A stretch of 64,000 bases of DNA from Gammaproteobacteria bacterium (GCA_965237805.1 OZ250153.1:256001-320000), one strand, 5' to 3'. Counted from the stretch's first letter, positions 28,829-40,010 are shown. Notes: generated from the sequence alone by a model not told the origin. Numbers and translations are program-made.

Positions 28829-31354
28829 GTGATGCTGCGCACGCTGACTCGGAGCTTGTTGCAGGGCTACGATGCCCTGACGCTAAGGCGACCGCGGTGG
28901 ACTCTGGTACTGCTGGCACTGGCGCTGGTGCTGTCAGTGTTGCGCTTTGGCGAGCTGTACATCGACACTTCCAGCGACAGCTTGGCGCTGGAGAACGACG
29001 AGGCGGTTCACTTCTTCCAAGCGCTACAGAGCCGCTACCCGTCGGGCGGCGATGAGCTCTATGTCAGCTACCGCCCACTTGCGGGTGGCTTGCTGGAGCA
29101 GCAAAACCTCGACGGCTTGGCCGCGCTGGCGACGGAGTTGCGCGCCTTGCCCGGGATCGCATCGGTACTGAACCTGCTCGATGTGCCGCTGTTGTTCAGC
29201 CCGCCGCGCTCGGTGGGCGATCTCCTCTCCGGACGCCTGAAGACGTTGCGCGACGCCGACACCGATTTGGCCTTGGCGAGCGACGAGCTGCGCGACAGCC
29301 CGCTCTACAGCGAACTGCTCAGCGACCGGCAGCTGAGTGTCGCCATGATGCTGGTGCAGCTGGTCCCCGACACCACACTCGAGGCGCTGAGCACAGAGCA
29401 CAGCCAACTGGCCGATGCCACCGGAGCAGGCAAGCAACGCACCCAAGCTGCGCTGAACCGTGAGCGCCGCCAGCTGCAGCGCGCAGCAGACCAGCGGCGC
29501 TCGCAGCAGGTAAGCGATGTGCGTGCCACGCTTGAGCGGCACCGAAACCGCGCCGAGATCTTCCTCGGCGGCGTGCCGATGATCACCGCCGACATGGTCA
29601 GTTTCGTCGAGAGCGACTTGCGGGTCTTCGGCACTGTGATCGCACTGTTGATCCTGATCCTGCTGGGGCTGATTTTCCGCCACCCGTTCTGGGTGCTGTT
29701 GCCACTGCTGAACTGCACTGCCACCGTGCTGTCGGCGGTCGGGCTGTTCGCCTGGATAGGCTGGCCCCTCAGCGTTGTCTCAGCCAATTTCATCGCCCTG
29801 CTGCTGATCCTGACGCTGTCGCTAACGATGCACCTATTGGTACGCTACCGCGAGCTGTTGGTGCGAGCACCCGATATCCACCGCATCGAGCGTGTGCGGC
29901 AGCTGGTGCGCTTCATGTCGCGCCCCTGCCTGTGCATGACACTGACGACAGTGGCCTCCTTCTGTTCACTGGCCTTCAGCAATGTGCGTCCGGTGATTGA
30001 TTTTGGCTGGATGATGGCCAGCGGCTCAGCGCTGGCCTTCCTGTGGTCTTTCTCCCTACTGCCCGCCCTGCTGGTGCTGTTTTCGGCACCACAGCCGCCA
30101 GCCTCAGCTGCCGACCCCGGTACCGCCAATACCCGACACTTCGCCATGGCGGTCGAGCGTCACGGCAAGGCGATCGCCGTGCTCACCCTCGCCGGATTGG
30201 CCTTTGGACTCAGCGGCCTGCCACGTATCAGCGTTGAAAATCGCTTCATCGACTACTTCAAGCCACACACCGAAATCCATCGCGGCATGGCGTTGATCGA
30301 CAGCCAGCTGGGCGGCACCATCCCGCTGGAGCTGTTGCTACAACTGCCCGAGGCCCCAGCCATCGTGCGCGACGCGGAGAGCGACGGGGAAGCGCTGGAC
30401 GACTTCGACGACTTCGGCGACTTCGACACCGGGGCTGAGAGCGGTGGGGCAAGTGAAGACGAGGGCTGGTTTAGCAGCGTGGGCTTGGCGCGCTTAGAGC
30501 GCGTGCACGACATGCTCAATGCCTATCCGGAGACCGGCAAGGTGCTCTCGCTGGCCACCATCTTCAAACTGAGCCGCAAAGTGTTGGGACACACGCCGAG
30601 TGCGTTGGAGCTGGAGCTGGTGCGACGTGAGCTGCCAGAGGAGCTGCGCGACTTGCTGCTGCGTCCTTATCTGTCGGCGGACGGGCGCGAGGCGCGCATC
30701 GTCATCCGCGTGCGCGAGGCGCGCCGGGAGCTGCGCCGCGATGCATTCCTGCAACAGGTGGCGGGGGACATGCAGGAGCAACAGGGTTTTAAGCCGGGGC
30801 AAGTGCACTTATCCGGCCTCTTGGTGTTGTACAACAAGCTCCTGCAAAGCCTCTATCAATCGCAGTTGAAGACGCTGGGGGCGGTGCTCGCCGCCATCCT
30901 AGTGATGTTTTTGGTGCTGTTCCGCTCACTGTCGCTGTCACTGCTGGGGCTGGCTCCCAACTTGGTGGCGACGCTGGTGGTACTCGGCGGCATGGGCTGG
31001 TTCGGCTTGCCATTAGATCTGATGAATGTGACGATGGCGGCCATCGTGCTCGGCATCGGCGTCGACAACACCATCCACTACATCTGGCGCTTCAGGGTGG
31101 AATTTGCCCATGACCACGACTACAGCGCCGCCATCCGGCGCAGCCACGGCAGCATCGGCCGCGCCATGTACTACACCTCGACCACCATCATCATCGGCTT
31201 TGCAGTCTTGGGGTTGTCGAACTTCCTCCCCAGCGTCTGGTTCGGCGTGCTGACGGCGCTGGCGATGCTGCTCGCCCTGCTCGGCGCACTGCTGTTGCTA
31301 CCGCTATTGCTACGCACCCTGCGCCCGCTGGGCGCGGACGCAGGGAGTCGGTGA
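28829..31354 (+). CDS. MMPL/RND family transporter
   Basis: 841 aa with two multi-TM halves; GGVPMITADM, GIGVDNTIHY. Confidence 0.85.
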   Translation: MMLRTLTRSLLQGYDALTLRRPRWTLVLLALALVLSVLRFGELYIDTSSDSLALENDEAVHFFQALQSRYPSGGDELYVSYRPLAGGLLEQQNLDGLAALATELRALPGIASVLNLLDVPLLFSPPRSVGDLLSGRLKTLRDADTDLALASDELRDSPLYSELLSDRQLSVAMMLVQLVPDTTLEALSTEHSQLADATGAGKQRTQAALNRERRQLQRAADQRRSQQVSDVRATLERHRNRAEIFLGGVPMITADMVSFVESDLRVFGTVIALLILILLGLIFRHPFWVLLPLLNCTATVLSAVGLFAWIGWPLSVVSANFIALLLILTLSLTMHLLVRYRELLVRAPDIHRIERVRQLVRFMSRPCLCMTLTTVASFCSLAFSNVRPVIDFGWMMASGSALAFLWSFSLLPALLVLFSAPQPPASAADPGTANTRHFAMAVERHGKAIAVLTLAGLAFGLSGLPRISVENRFIDYFKPHTEIHRGMALIDSQLGGTIPLELLLQLPEAPAIVRDAESDGEALDDFDDFGDFDTGAESGGASEDEGWFSSVGLARLERVHDMLNAYPETGKVLSLATIFKLSRKVLGHTPSALELELVRRELPEELRDLLLRPYLSADGREARIVIRVREARRELRRDAFLQQVAGDMQEQQGFKPGQVHLSGLLVLYNKLLQSLYQSQLKTLGAVLAAILVMFLVLFRSLSLSLLGLAPNLVATLVVLGGMGWFGLPLDLMNVTMAAIVLGIGVDNTIHYIWRFRVEFAHDHDYSAAIRRSHGSIGRAMYYTSTTIIIGFAVLGLSNFLPSVWFGVLTALAMLLALLGALLLLPLLLRTLRPLGADAGSR

Positions 31355-31989
31355 GCGCGGCAGCAACGGCACCCGGAGCAGAGCGCATGGCGCTGTTCCC
31401 CTTGGGTGCTGTGCTGATGCCCCACGCACGCCTGCGCCTGCGGCTGTTCGAGCCGCGCTATCTGCGTTTGGTGCGAGATTGCCTGCGCGAGCAGAAGCTG
31501 TTCGGCGTGGTGCGCATCCGCCGCGGCTCGGAGACGCTGCGCGAGCCGCACGACCGCCTGCGGCCACCCGATTTGGAGGCGCTCGGCGTCACCGCGCAGA
31601 TCGTCGACTGGGACGCGGTGCCCGGTGCCGAGGGGCAGCTGCAGATCGTGGTCGAGGGGGGACTGAAATTCCACCACAACGGGGCGCACTTTGCGCGCAA
31701 CATGATTGTCACGGCAGCTGCCGACTACCTGCCCGCCGAGCAGCAGGGTGCCGAGCACAGCGAATTGGCGCAGTTACGGGCACTGCTTAGCTCGCTGCCA
31801 AAACCGCGCTTGGCAACGCCGGCGACGGACAGCCCGCAGCCCGTGCCAGCACTACAATTGGGCTACCAGCTGGCACAATACCTGCCGTTGCCCGAAGCGG
31901 AGCGCTACCGACTGCTCGAGCTGGACTGCACGGCGGCGCGGCTGGCCGCCATCAAGCGGCTACTGCTCGATGCTGGTGCCATCAGCTGA
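31351..31989 (+). CDS. LON peptidase substrate-binding domain protein
   Basis: LFPLGAVLMPHARLRLRLFEPRYLRLVRDC...FGVV. Confidence 0.8.
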   Translation: MSAAATAPGAERMALFPLGAVLMPHARLRLRLFEPRYLRLVRDCLREQKLFGVVRIRRGSETLREPHDRLRPPDLEALGVTAQIVDWDAVPGAEGQLQIVVEGGLKFHHNGAHFARNMIVTAAADYLPAEQQGAEHSELAQLRALLSSLPKPRLATPATDSPQPVPALQLGYQLAQYLPLPEAERYRLLELDCTAARLAAIKRLLLDAGAIS

Positions 31990-32045
31990 GCCCGGTCGCA
32001 GCAACACAGCGGGGCGGTGTCGTTTAGCCAACCAGATGCAGCCGA

Positions 32046-32085
32046 CTAGATTCAGCTAGCTAGATTCAGCTGGCTAGATCAGCCA
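32046..32085. repeat. Short 14-bp tandem repeat (~2.5 copies)
   Basis: CTAGATTCAGCTAG-CTAGATTCAGCTGG-CTAGATCAGC. Confidence 0.6.
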
Positions 32086-32516
32086 GTTATGGCGGCCAGT
32101 TGATCCTGCACTGCCTGATAATCCCAGAATGCGCGCAGGGATTGGATCAGGCCGTCAGCATTGACTTGGTAGATGACGATCATGTCGAGTTCGAAGGAGA
32201 GCTCCTCGCTAATCTGATTGCGCATGGTGACGAAGACCGCGCATTGGTCGGCGCGCGGGATGCGGCTTTTGACCGCAAAACTCTGGCTACCGCCAGCGAT
32301 GACATCGTCCCAGAAGCCAGCGATGGCCGCAAGCCCTTGACGGCCGTTACCGCTGGGATCCAAGGGCGAGATGCCGACTGGATCTTGCACCACGGCATCG
32401 GCAGCGAACAGCGCCAGCCAAGCGGCCCGGTCGTGTGCCTCGACGGCGGCGAAAGAGCGGTAATTGGCGAGTGCGGCGGGGTGCTCTGGGGCTTGCGAAA
32501 AATCAGCAGCACTCAT
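32079..32516 (-). CDS. NTF2/SnoaL-like (ketosteroid isomerase-related) protein
   Basis: DRAAWLALFAADAVVQDPVG...GLAAIAGFWD...IQSLRAFW. Confidence 0.8.
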   Translation of the reverse strand: MSAADFSQAPEHPAALANYRSFAAVEAHDRAAWLALFAADAVVQDPVGISPLDPSGNGRQGLAAIAGFWDDVIAGGSQSFAVKSRIPRADQCAVFVTMRNQISEELSFELDMIVIYQVNADGLIQSLRAFWDYQAVQDQLAAITG

Positions 32517-32908
32517 GAATCGGCCTCGACCAGCTCCATGCAGCTGTCGTCCCAATAGGCTTGGCCATGCTGGATGCGCCCCTCGTCGTTGAAGACGAAG
32601 CGATCCACCGCTTTGAGATTGACGCCGCCGCCAGCCGGCATGCGCACCACCATGGTGAAGACCAGCAGACCCTCTGTGCCGCAGACGACAATGCGTTCGG
32701 CCTTGGGCGCTAATTTGGCACCGTCAGTGTGTGCGAATTCCCAAAATTTGCGGATGCCGTCGTGCCCCAAGTGCGGCGGGGTGCCGACCGGATCTTCCCA
32801 CACGCAATCTTCGGCGAAAACTGACAGCAACAAATCCAAATCGTCGCTGTTGTAGGCCCGCACATAGGACTCGATCGCCACGCGGATCTGTTCGGATGTG
32901 ACCGCCAT
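32513..32908 (-). CDS. NTF2/SnoaL-like steroid delta-isomerase-like protein
   Basis: YVRAYNSDDLDLLLSVFAEDCVWEDPVGTPPHLGHDGIRKFW...VDRFVFNDEGRI. Confidence 0.8.
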   Translation of the reverse strand: MAVTSEQIRVAIESYVRAYNSDDLDLLLSVFAEDCVWEDPVGTPPHLGHDGIRKFWEFAHTDGAKLAPKAERIVVCGTEGLLVFTMVVRMPAGGGVNLKAVDRFVFNDEGRIQHGQAYWDDSCMELVEADS

Positions 32909-33042
32909 CGCTACACTCCTGCACTTTGCTAGGTATTTAAAGCAAGCTTTGACAGTCTTACCAACATGGTAGCAGATTGTGCTCAGCACCGTGACTGTGC
33001 CTTAGAATGACGGGCTGATACTAGCGAATACGGAGATTTCTC

Positions 33043-33942
33043 ATGTTGCGATTTGCCTACACTGAGAGCATGTGCGATCCGGCACTCTACCTCGAACTCG
33101 CGCAAGCCGCCGAGCGCAATGGCTTCGACAGCTATTTAGTGCCGGATAGCATCTGCTACCCGCGCCAATCTGATGCCAAGTACCCCTACACCGTCACCGG
33201 TGAGCGAGAATTCCTCGACGGTTGCCCTTTTATCGACCCGCTGATCCAGATCGCCGCCATGGGGGCAGTCACCGAGCGCATTAAATTTTTGACCTTCGTC
33301 CTCAAGGCACCGATTCGCAACCCCGTGTTGCTGAGCAAGCAAAGCACTTCAACGGCGGTCATGACTGGCAACCGCCTGCTACTCGGCATCGGTCTCAGCC
33401 CGTGGCCGGAGGATTACCAAGTTTGCGCTCAGCCATGGGAACGCCGCGGCGCGCGCTTAGACGAGATGATCGAGATCCTGCGCGGACTGGAGAGCGGGGC
33501 CTATTACAGCCACGAGGGCGAGTTCTACCAACTGCCCGAGATCAAGCTGTGCCCGGTGCCGTCGAAGCCGACGCCGCTACTGATTGGCGGCCACTCGGAT
33601 GCCGCATTGCGCCGCGCCGCACGACTCAGCGATGGCTGGGTACACGCCGGTGCTGGCGGGCGCGACGACACGGTTGAATTGGAGCAGATGGTCGTGCGCT
33701 TGCATGAACTGCGCGCCGAATACGGTGTCGAGGACCAGCCCTTCCGTATTTTTGCCTTATCGGCCTTGGCCTACACCCCCGAGGGGCTGAGCCGTTTGGA
33801 GGCGCTGGGTGTCACCGATGTCGGTGTCGCCTTTCGCGATCCCTACGCCGGTATAGACCAACAGCCGATATCGCAAAAACTGGACTTGATGCAGCAATAC
33901 GCCGAGGGTGTCATGGTGCCGTGGCAGCAGGCCAACAGCTGA
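33043..33942 (+). CDS. LLM-class (probably F420-dependent) oxidoreductase
   Basis: AQAAERNGFDS..VPDSICYP, RNPVLLSKQ, PLLIGGHSDAALRRAARLSDGW. Confidence 0.85.
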   Translation: MLRFAYTESMCDPALYLELAQAAERNGFDSYLVPDSICYPRQSDAKYPYTVTGEREFLDGCPFIDPLIQIAAMGAVTERIKFLTFVLKAPIRNPVLLSKQSTSTAVMTGNRLLLGIGLSPWPEDYQVCAQPWERRGARLDEMIEILRGLESGAYYSHEGEFYQLPEIKLCPVPSKPTPLLIGGHSDAALRRAARLSDGWVHAGAGGRDDTVELEQMVVRLHELRAEYGVEDQPFRIFALSALAYTPEGLSRLEALGVTDVGVAFRDPYAGIDQQPISQKLDLMQQYAEGVMVPWQQANS

Positions 33943-33978
33943 GCGACAGCTGGGTTGAGCAGTGCTGTGCAGCGTCGG

Positions 33979-34380
33979 CTAAACATCAGCTAAGGGGCTT
34001 GATCCGCCCTCTAAGATCACCGCTGCCAGCACGAAATCGCCCTCATCGCTGAGACTCAAATGGCAGCGCGAAACGCCGCGCTCGTGCGCCAGCTCGATGG
34101 CGCGACCATGTAGCAACAGCGCTGGCGCTCCGAGGGCATCATGGCGCAGCTCCATGTCACGCCAACCCAAGCGGGCACCGATGCCAGTGCCAAAAGCCTT
34201 GGCAGCCGCCTCGCGAACAGCGAAACGACTGGCCAAAAAGCGCGGCGATGAGTGGCGTTGCAGGAAAATCTCAAACTCCCGCGGGCGCAACACGCGCAAC
34301 GGCAAGCGCTCGCCACTACGAGACAATGCCCGCTCTATACGGGGCACCGACACCATATCGATGCCGAAGCCAACAATCAC
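33979..34380 (-). CDS. acpS: Holo-[acyl-carrier-protein] synthase
   Basis: VIVGFGIDMV..RI, LASRFAVREAAAKAFGTG, HLSLSDE. Confidence 0.92.
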   Translation of the reverse strand: MIVGFGIDMVSVPRIERALSRSGERLPLRVLRPREFEIFLQRHSSPRFLASRFAVREAAAKAFGTGIGARLGWRDMELRHDALGAPALLLHGRAIELAHERGVSRCHLSLSDEGDFVLAAVILEGGSSPLADV

Positions 34381-35096
34381 CGCGCCGCACTCGGCAAGGC
34401 GGCAAACAGCTGATAACTGGCGAGGGGACGCGGGCCGAGCAACGCCGAGAGGGCGTGCCGGGTCACGCTGCGCGCCACCCGGCACAGCTCCGTAGTCTCG
34501 AGCTCACCAGCCGCCAGCTGGAGCAGCACCGCACCGGCAACGCCCCCCCGCTCCAGCTCGCTACTGATAAAACCAACCCCGGCTTCAAAACGGTACCAAG
34601 CAGTGGCGCAGACCGCTACCTCGGCACCGGCATCGAAGCCAAAATCGACACCGTAGCCAAGCGCCCATAGCAAACGCAGCTCGAAACGGCGCAAGGCGAG
34701 TGCCACGTCGTCGCTGTCGACAGCTGCGGCCAGCGCCGCTAGGGCTGTGCCGTAGTCCTCGAACAGCTGTGGCAAGGGGTCGTGCAACGGCAACAGTCGG
34801 TAGAGCAGCTCATTGAGGTAGAGTGCGGCGAGCAATGCGCGTCCACCGAGGCACGGCGCGCTGGCATCGTCGCGCTCCAAAGCGCCCAGCGTCAACAATT
34901 CTCCACGACCGCTCCACGAAGCCAGCAGCGGGTGGAAAGGCTCGGCACAGGCGCCGCGGTGACGCGGGCGACGGACGCCGCGGGCGACGCCTCGCAGGCG
35001 GCCCCGCTCGGCGACAAATAGGTCGACCAGCAGGCTGCTGTCGCGATAGGCTCGTGTATGCAAGACCCAACAGCGCGCCAAGCGCACCCGCTCCAC
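34377..35096 (-). CDS. recO: DNA repair protein RecO
   Basis: WVLHTRAYRDSSLLVDLF..GRLRGVARG, LYLNELL, LRRFELRLL; lies downstream of era. Confidence 0.92.
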   Translation of the reverse strand: MERVRLARCWVLHTRAYRDSSLLVDLFVAERGRLRGVARGVRRPRHRGACAEPFHPLLASWSGRGELLTLGALERDDASAPCLGGRALLAALYLNELLYRLLPLHDPLPQLFEDYGTALAALAAAVDSDDVALALRRFELRLLWALGYGVDFGFDAGAEVAVCATAWYRFEAGVGFISSELERGGVAGAVLLQLAAGELETTELCRVARSVTRHALSALLGPRPLASYQLFAALPSAAR

Positions 35097-35105
35097 GCCA
35101 ATTCC

Positions 35106-35981
35106 TTAGCGCTTGGCCACGCCGGCACTCGCTGGCATGGAGGCGACCCTCACCCACAAACGCAAATCGACGCGCCGACCGAGTAAGGGCTCTAGGTCGA
35201 GGCGCGCCGCTGTACCGATAGCCTTCAGCAAGCGGCCACCGCGACCGATGACGATCGCGCGCTGGCGCTCTCGCGGCACCTCCAGTAGCACGTGGATGCG
35301 GCACAGCCCATCGCACCATTCCAGCTGCTCAACACGGGGGAGCACAACGTAGGGCAGCTCATCGCCCAAGCGACGCATCAATTGCTCACGCAACATTTCC
35401 TCGACCAAGAACTGCGGTTCACAGTCGGTATGACAACCCGGCGGGAAACGGTGCGCGGCCTGAGGCAAGTGGCGCTTAACGCACTGCTGCAGGCGCTCGA
35501 TATTGCTATCTTTGAGCGCTGAAACCGGCACCAAATCAAGGAAATCGGCGCGTGTGGCCAAGCGTTCCAACTGCGGCAACAAGGCCGCACGGTCGGCCAG
35601 CTGGTCGATTTTGTTCAACACGGCCAGCGGTCGCGCGTCGCAGCGCTCGAGCAGACGCCGCAGCGCCCGATCATCGTCATCACCCCAACGCCCCTGCTCG
35701 CAGATGAACAGCGCCAAAACCGCACCGTCCAAGCCGCTGTCCACCGCCGCCGACAAGCTGCGGGCAGCCTCCCCTTGACCCGCCCCAATGCCGGGGGTGT
35801 CGATATAGATCGCCTGCGATGCACCGTCGGTGCTGATGCCCAGCACCCGGTGGCGAGTGGTGCGGGGGCGGCGCGAAGTGGCGCTGAGTTTGCGCCCGAC
35901 CAAGCGGTTGAGCAAGGTCGATTTGCCGACATTGGGACGTCCTACAATGGCGACGCAACCACAGCGTGGCGGCTCGCTCAC
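35106..35981 (-). CDS. era: GTPase Era
   Basis: VAIVGRPNVGKSTLLN, DTPG, NKID, ELPY, VIGRGG KH domain. Confidence 0.93.
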   Translation of the reverse strand: MSEPPRCGCVAIVGRPNVGKSTLLNRLVGRKLSATSRRPRTTRHRVLGISTDGASQAIYIDTPGIGAGQGEAARSLSAAVDSGLDGAVLALFICEQGRWGDDDDRALRRLLERCDARPLAVLNKIDQLADRAALLPQLERLATRADFLDLVPVSALKDSNIERLQQCVKRHLPQAAHRFPPGCHTDCEPQFLVEEMLREQLMRRLGDELPYVVLPRVEQLEWCDGLCRIHVLLEVPRERQRAIVIGRGGRLLKAIGTAARLDLEPLLGRRVDLRLWVRVASMPASAGVAKR

Positions 35982-36655
35982 GACACCGATGTGCCCTCCA
36001 ATTGCACCAGCAAAGCCACCGCCGCCCGCTGCTCGGCTTGGCGCTTGGTGCGACCGATGCCAGTGGCGCACTGACCGGCGGCGTTGCAGCAGACGCTGAA
36101 AGCGCCATCGTGGTGTCGACGCTCCGTCAGCACGTACTCAGGTAGTGGGAGAGCTCGGCTTTGCTGGTATTCCTGCAAGCGCGTCTTGGCATCTTTGGGC
36201 AGGGGCAACTCGGCGGGCAAGGCCGCCAGCTGCGGCTCCAGCCAAAGCAGCACATAGGGCTTGGCGCGCTCCATCCCGCCATCTTCAAACAGCGCGCCGA
36301 TCAGCGCCTCGACGGCATCGGCGACCATGTTGTCGGTGATCTGGCGCACACCGGGGCCGAGCTGCAGCTCGGTGGCCAAGCCGAGCTGCAGACCGAGGGC
36401 AGCCAAGCGCTCGCCGCACACCCAGTCGGCGCGCACCCGGCTGAGCGCGCCCGGATCAGCCTCGGCAAAACGCATACAGAGCAGCTCGGAGACGATCAAC
36501 TGCAACACTGCATCGCCGAGAAATTCCAGCTGCTCATTGTGCGGAGAGCCGCAGCTGCGATGGATCATGGCTTGATCGAATAAGGCGGGGTTGCGGAATG
36601 CCGCCCGCACCGTAGCAAGTGATCCACCACCCTCGCTGAGACGACGCAAGCCCAT
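35978..36655 (-). CDS. rnc: Ribonuclease III
   Basis: HNEQLEFLGDAVL, ADAVEALIGA, KDAKTRLQEY dsRBD. Confidence 0.92.
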   Translation of the reverse strand: MGLRRLSEGGGSLATVRAAFRNPALFDQAMIHRSCGSPHNEQLEFLGDAVLQLIVSELLCMRFAEADPGALSRVRADWVCGERLAALGLQLGLATELQLGPGVRQITDNMVADAVEALIGALFEDGGMERAKPYVLLWLEPQLAALPAELPLPKDAKTRLQEYQQSRALPLPEYVLTERRHHDGAFSVCCNAAGQCATGIGRTKRQAEQRAAVALLVQLEGTSVS

Positions 36656-36665
36656 CGATCGCCCC

Positions 36666-37430
36666 CTATTGCACTGGACCGACGCGATCCAGATTGAAGA
36701 AGCCACCCGGCGCTTTGCTCAGCCACACGCGCGTGACCGCACCCACCATATTGTTGTAGCCCACCGTACCCCAGACACGACTGTCTTCGCTGTTGCCACG
36801 GTTGTCACCCATCATGAAATAGCTGTGTTCCGGGATCTCTACAGTGTAGAGATTCAGGTGCGGATCCAACAGGATGCGGTGTCGGCTGTCGCTGCCGGGC
36901 AGCTGCTCCCACACAACCGAACTGGCCGGGCCATCCAAACCCTGTAAATAATAGTCATCCTCCCCCTCTGCCTGCACATAAATAGCAGGCTCTCCATTGA
37001 TCGCCAGCTGCCCCCCCGCATACTGCAAGTGATCTCCGGGCAAGCCGACCACGCGTTTGACATAGTAGCCCCGCCCCCGGTGCGGGGGATAAAAGACGAC
37101 GACATCGCCTCGCTGTAGCGGGCGACCGCTGATCAGCGGCTTAGAACTCAGCGGCGCACGCACACCGTAGGCATATTTCTGCACCAAGATGTAGTCCCCC
37201 TCAAACAGCGTCGGCACCATTGAAGCGGAGGGGATGTACGAGGGCTCTACCACAGCCGTTCGCACCACCAGCACCGTGAAGAAAACCAGCAGCAAAGTCC
37301 GCACCCACGGTGCCCACGGCGGATGCTCGCGGTAAGGGTGGGCAATCTGGGCTTGAGCGGTCAGCACCCACACCAAAAATAACAGGCCGGTGATGACGAC
37401 CAGCAGCAATTGGATAGTGTTGGCGTTCAT
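36666..37430 (-). CDS. lepB: Signal peptidase I
   Basis: [32 protein letters not shown]. Confidence 0.93.
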   Translation of the reverse strand: MNANTIQLLLVVITGLLFLVWVLTAQAQIAHPYREHPPWAPWVRTLLLVFFTVLVVRTAVVEPSYIPSASMVPTLFEGDYILVQKYAYGVRAPLSSKPLISGRPLQRGDVVVFYPPHRGRGYYVKRVVGLPGDHLQYAGGQLAINGEPAIYVQAEGEDDYYLQGLDGPASSVVWEQLPGSDSRHRILLDPHLNLYTVEIPEHSYFMMGDNRGNSEDSRVWGTVGYNNMVGAVTRVWLSKAPGGFFNLDRVGPVQ

Positions 37431-39226
37431 TTGGGCTGGTGATCGATGCGTAAAAGCGCCATGAAAGCCTCTTTGGGCACATCAACACGCCCTAGTTTTT
37501 TCATGCGGCGCTTTCCTACGCGTTGTTTTTCAAGCAGTTTCTTTTTGCGGCTGATATCGCCACCATAGCATTTGGCAGTGACATTTTTGCGTCGCGCACG
37601 CACAGTCTGCCGGGCGATGACGCGAGAGCCGACCACTGCCTGCACGGCGATGTCGAACATCTGCCGCGGCAACAACTCCTTCATGCGCTCGACCAGCTGA
37701 CGCCCGCGCTGTTGCACTTGGCTGCGATGCACGATTGCAGCCAAAGCATCTAAGCGATCGCCATTGAGCAACACATCGACCCGCGCTAACGGAGCAGGCT
37801 GGTAGCCATCGACACTGTAATCTAGTGAGGCAAAACCGCGACTGATCGATTTCAAACGGTCGTGGAAATCCAAAATCACCTCGCTCATAGGCAGGCGGAA
37901 CTCTAAGCAGACTTGATCGCCGACATATTGTAGCGATTGCTGCACACCTCGTCTACGCACACACAATTCCAACAAGGCCCCGAGATAGGCGCGCGGGCTC
38001 AGGATAGAGGCGCGCACCATCGGCTCAAAGCTGGTGGCGATGCGGGCAGGATCGGGCATGTCTGCCGGGGTGACGACCGCTAAGTCCTCACCGCTGGTCG
38101 CCGTGATGCGGTAGGCCACATTCGGCGCGGTAGCAATCAATTCGAGGGCGTATTCGCGCTCGAGGCGGGCTTGGACTATCTCCATATGCAACAAACCGAG
38201 GAAACCACAGCGGAAGCCGGGGCCGAGCGCCTCCGAGGAAGTCGGCTCGTAACGCAGGGCGGCATCGTTGAGTGACAACCGCCCCAAGGCCTCGCGGAAA
38301 GCATTGAACTGATCGGTTTCCAGCGGGTAGAGACCGGCGTAGACACGCGGCTCGGCGCGGCGGAAACCGGGCAGCGCCACCGTGTCGGAATCGGCAACCA
38401 AGGTGTCGCCAACTGGCGCGGCGTGGATGTCCTTCACACCGGCGATGACAAAGCCCACCTCGCCAGCACCCAGCTGCTCGACAAATTCGCGCCGCGGCCG
38501 GAAGCGGCCAAGCCGTTCAACTTGGTGCGCGACACCAGTCGACACGACGATGGTGCGAGCGTTGCGACGCAGCTGGCCGTGTACAACCCGAACCAGCGAT
38601 ACCACGCCCAGATAACGATCGAACCACGAGTCAATGATCAGCGCCTGTAGTTTGCCCTGTGGATCACCGAGCGGCGGCGGCACTGAACGCACCACCGTTT
38701 CCAACACCGAGCGCACATCGGCACCGGTCTTGGCGCTGATACGGCAATGCACGCTGGTATCGAGGCCGATAATCTCCTCAATTTGCTCCAACACCTGATC
38801 GGGTGCGGCGGAATCCAAATCCATCTTGTTCAACACTGGCAACACCGTGAGACCCTGATCCACCGCCGTGTGGCAGTTGGCCACCGACTGGGCCTCGACC
38901 CCTTGGCTGGCATCGACCAGTAGCAACGCTCCCTCGCAAGCTGCCAAAGAGCGCGAGACCTCGTAGGAAAAATCGACATGACCGGGCGTATCGATCAGGT
39001 TGAGGTGGTAGTGGCGGCCATCTAGAGCACAGTAGTCAAGCGCCACACACTGCGCCTTGATGGTGATGCCGCGCTCGCGCTCCAACTCCATGCTGTCCAG
39101 CACTTGGCTCGACATCTCGCGCTCGCTGAGTCCGCCGCAGAGCTGGATGAAGCGATCCGCCAGCGTCGATTTGCCGTGATCGATATGGGCAATCAAGCTG
39201 AAATTTCGAATCGACTCCAAGTCCAT
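37427..39226 (-). CDS. lepA: Elongation factor 4
   Basis: [49 protein letters not shown]. Confidence 0.97.
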   Translation of the reverse strand: MDLESIRNFSLIAHIDHGKSTLADRFIQLCGGLSEREMSSQVLDSMELERERGITIKAQCVALDYCALDGRHYHLNLIDTPGHVDFSYEVSRSLAACEGALLLVDASQGVEAQSVANCHTAVDQGLTVLPVLNKMDLDSAAPDQVLEQIEEIIGLDTSVHCRISAKTGADVRSVLETVVRSVPPPLGDPQGKLQALIIDSWFDRYLGVVSLVRVVHGQLRRNARTIVVSTGVAHQVERLGRFRPRREFVEQLGAGEVGFVIAGVKDIHAAPVGDTLVADSDTVALPGFRRAEPRVYAGLYPLETDQFNAFREALGRLSLNDAALRYEPTSSEALGPGFRCGFLGLLHMEIVQARLEREYALELIATAPNVAYRITATSGEDLAVVTPADMPDPARIATSFEPMVRASILSPRAYLGALLELCVRRRGVQQSLQYVGDQVCLEFRLPMSEVILDFHDRLKSISRGFASLDYSVDGYQPAPLARVDVLLNGDRLDALAAIVHRSQVQQRGRQLVERMKELLPRQMFDIAVQAVVGSRVIARQTVRARRKNVTAKCYGGDISRKKKLLEKQRVGKRRMKKLGRVDVPKEAFMALLRIDHQPK

Positions 39227-39726
39227 CAGCGATCGCTGGCGAGCGGTGCGTCGCCAGTTCCTCCGACGGAGGACGACGGCACGAGGGGCGGCAGCGTGCG
39301 CAACAGCTGGGGGGATGCGGTGGCCAGCCGGCGGTGACTGCCGGCGCGAGCCAGCACGACACCAGCAGCGAAGCCGATCAAGCCCACCGCCAGCTGCCAG
39401 CCCTCGGCACTGCCCGCTGGCAGCCAGTGCACGGCCAGCATCAGAGCGGACAAAAAACCCAGCAGCGGTGCCAAATAGCTCAACAGAGCCGCAACGAGCA
39501 ACGGCGCGGTCTCCAGCCCGATCTCGACCCGCTGCCCGGAGCGCAAAGCCGCAGCGCTACCGGGCGGCAACGGCACGCGTAGGCGGCGCTCAGCGGCGCA
39601 GCGGGAGCTGCGACCAGCGAAACCGCAGGCACCATTGCAGGAGGCACAGCGCAGCTGACGCTGCTCCATGTCCAGCCACATGCAATCCTTGGCCAGTTCG
39701 ACGATGCGTCCAGATTCTGTCAACAC
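39226..39726 (-). CDS. rseC: RseC/MucC family membrane protein
   Basis: MLTESGRIV...CASCNGACG...GQRVEIG...ALLSYLAPL plus two TM segments; lies upstream of lepA. Confidence 0.8.
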   Translation of the reverse strand: MLTESGRIVELAKDCMWLDMEQRQLRCASCNGACGFAGRSSRCAAERRLRVPLPPGSAAALRSGQRVEIGLETAPLLVAALLSYLAPLLGFLSALMLAVHWLPAGSAEGWQLAVGLIGFAAGVVLARAGSHRRLATASPQLLRTLPPLVPSSSVGGTGDAPLASDR

Positions 39727-40010
39727 AGCGCAACTCCCGCCCGGATGCGAGCGTGCTCGCGCACCGCGCGCACCACCGATGCCAATAGGGTATCGGATAC
39801 CGCCTCACCACGCACCAGCCATGAGTACAGCTGCGGATCCTCGCAGTCCAACAGACTGCGGTAGTCCGCCTGTGCCTCAGCCGACAGGCCGGGCAACAGC
39901 TCTTCGGAAAAAGGCAGCAGCATCAAATCTAATTCCAGCATACCGCGGCGACTGTGCCAACACAGGCGACGCAACAGGGCTGGGGACGCATCGTGCTCGC
40001 GGTCGACCAT
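39720..40010 (-). CDS. sdhE: FAD assembly factor SdhE
   Basis: RRLCWHSRRGMLELDLMLLPF...LLDCEDPQLYSW. Confidence 0.9.
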   Translation of the reverse strand: MVDREHDASPALLRRLCWHSRRGMLELDLMLLPFSEELLPGLSAEAQADYRSLLDCEDPQLYSWLVRGEAVSDTLLASVVRAVREHARIRAGVALC

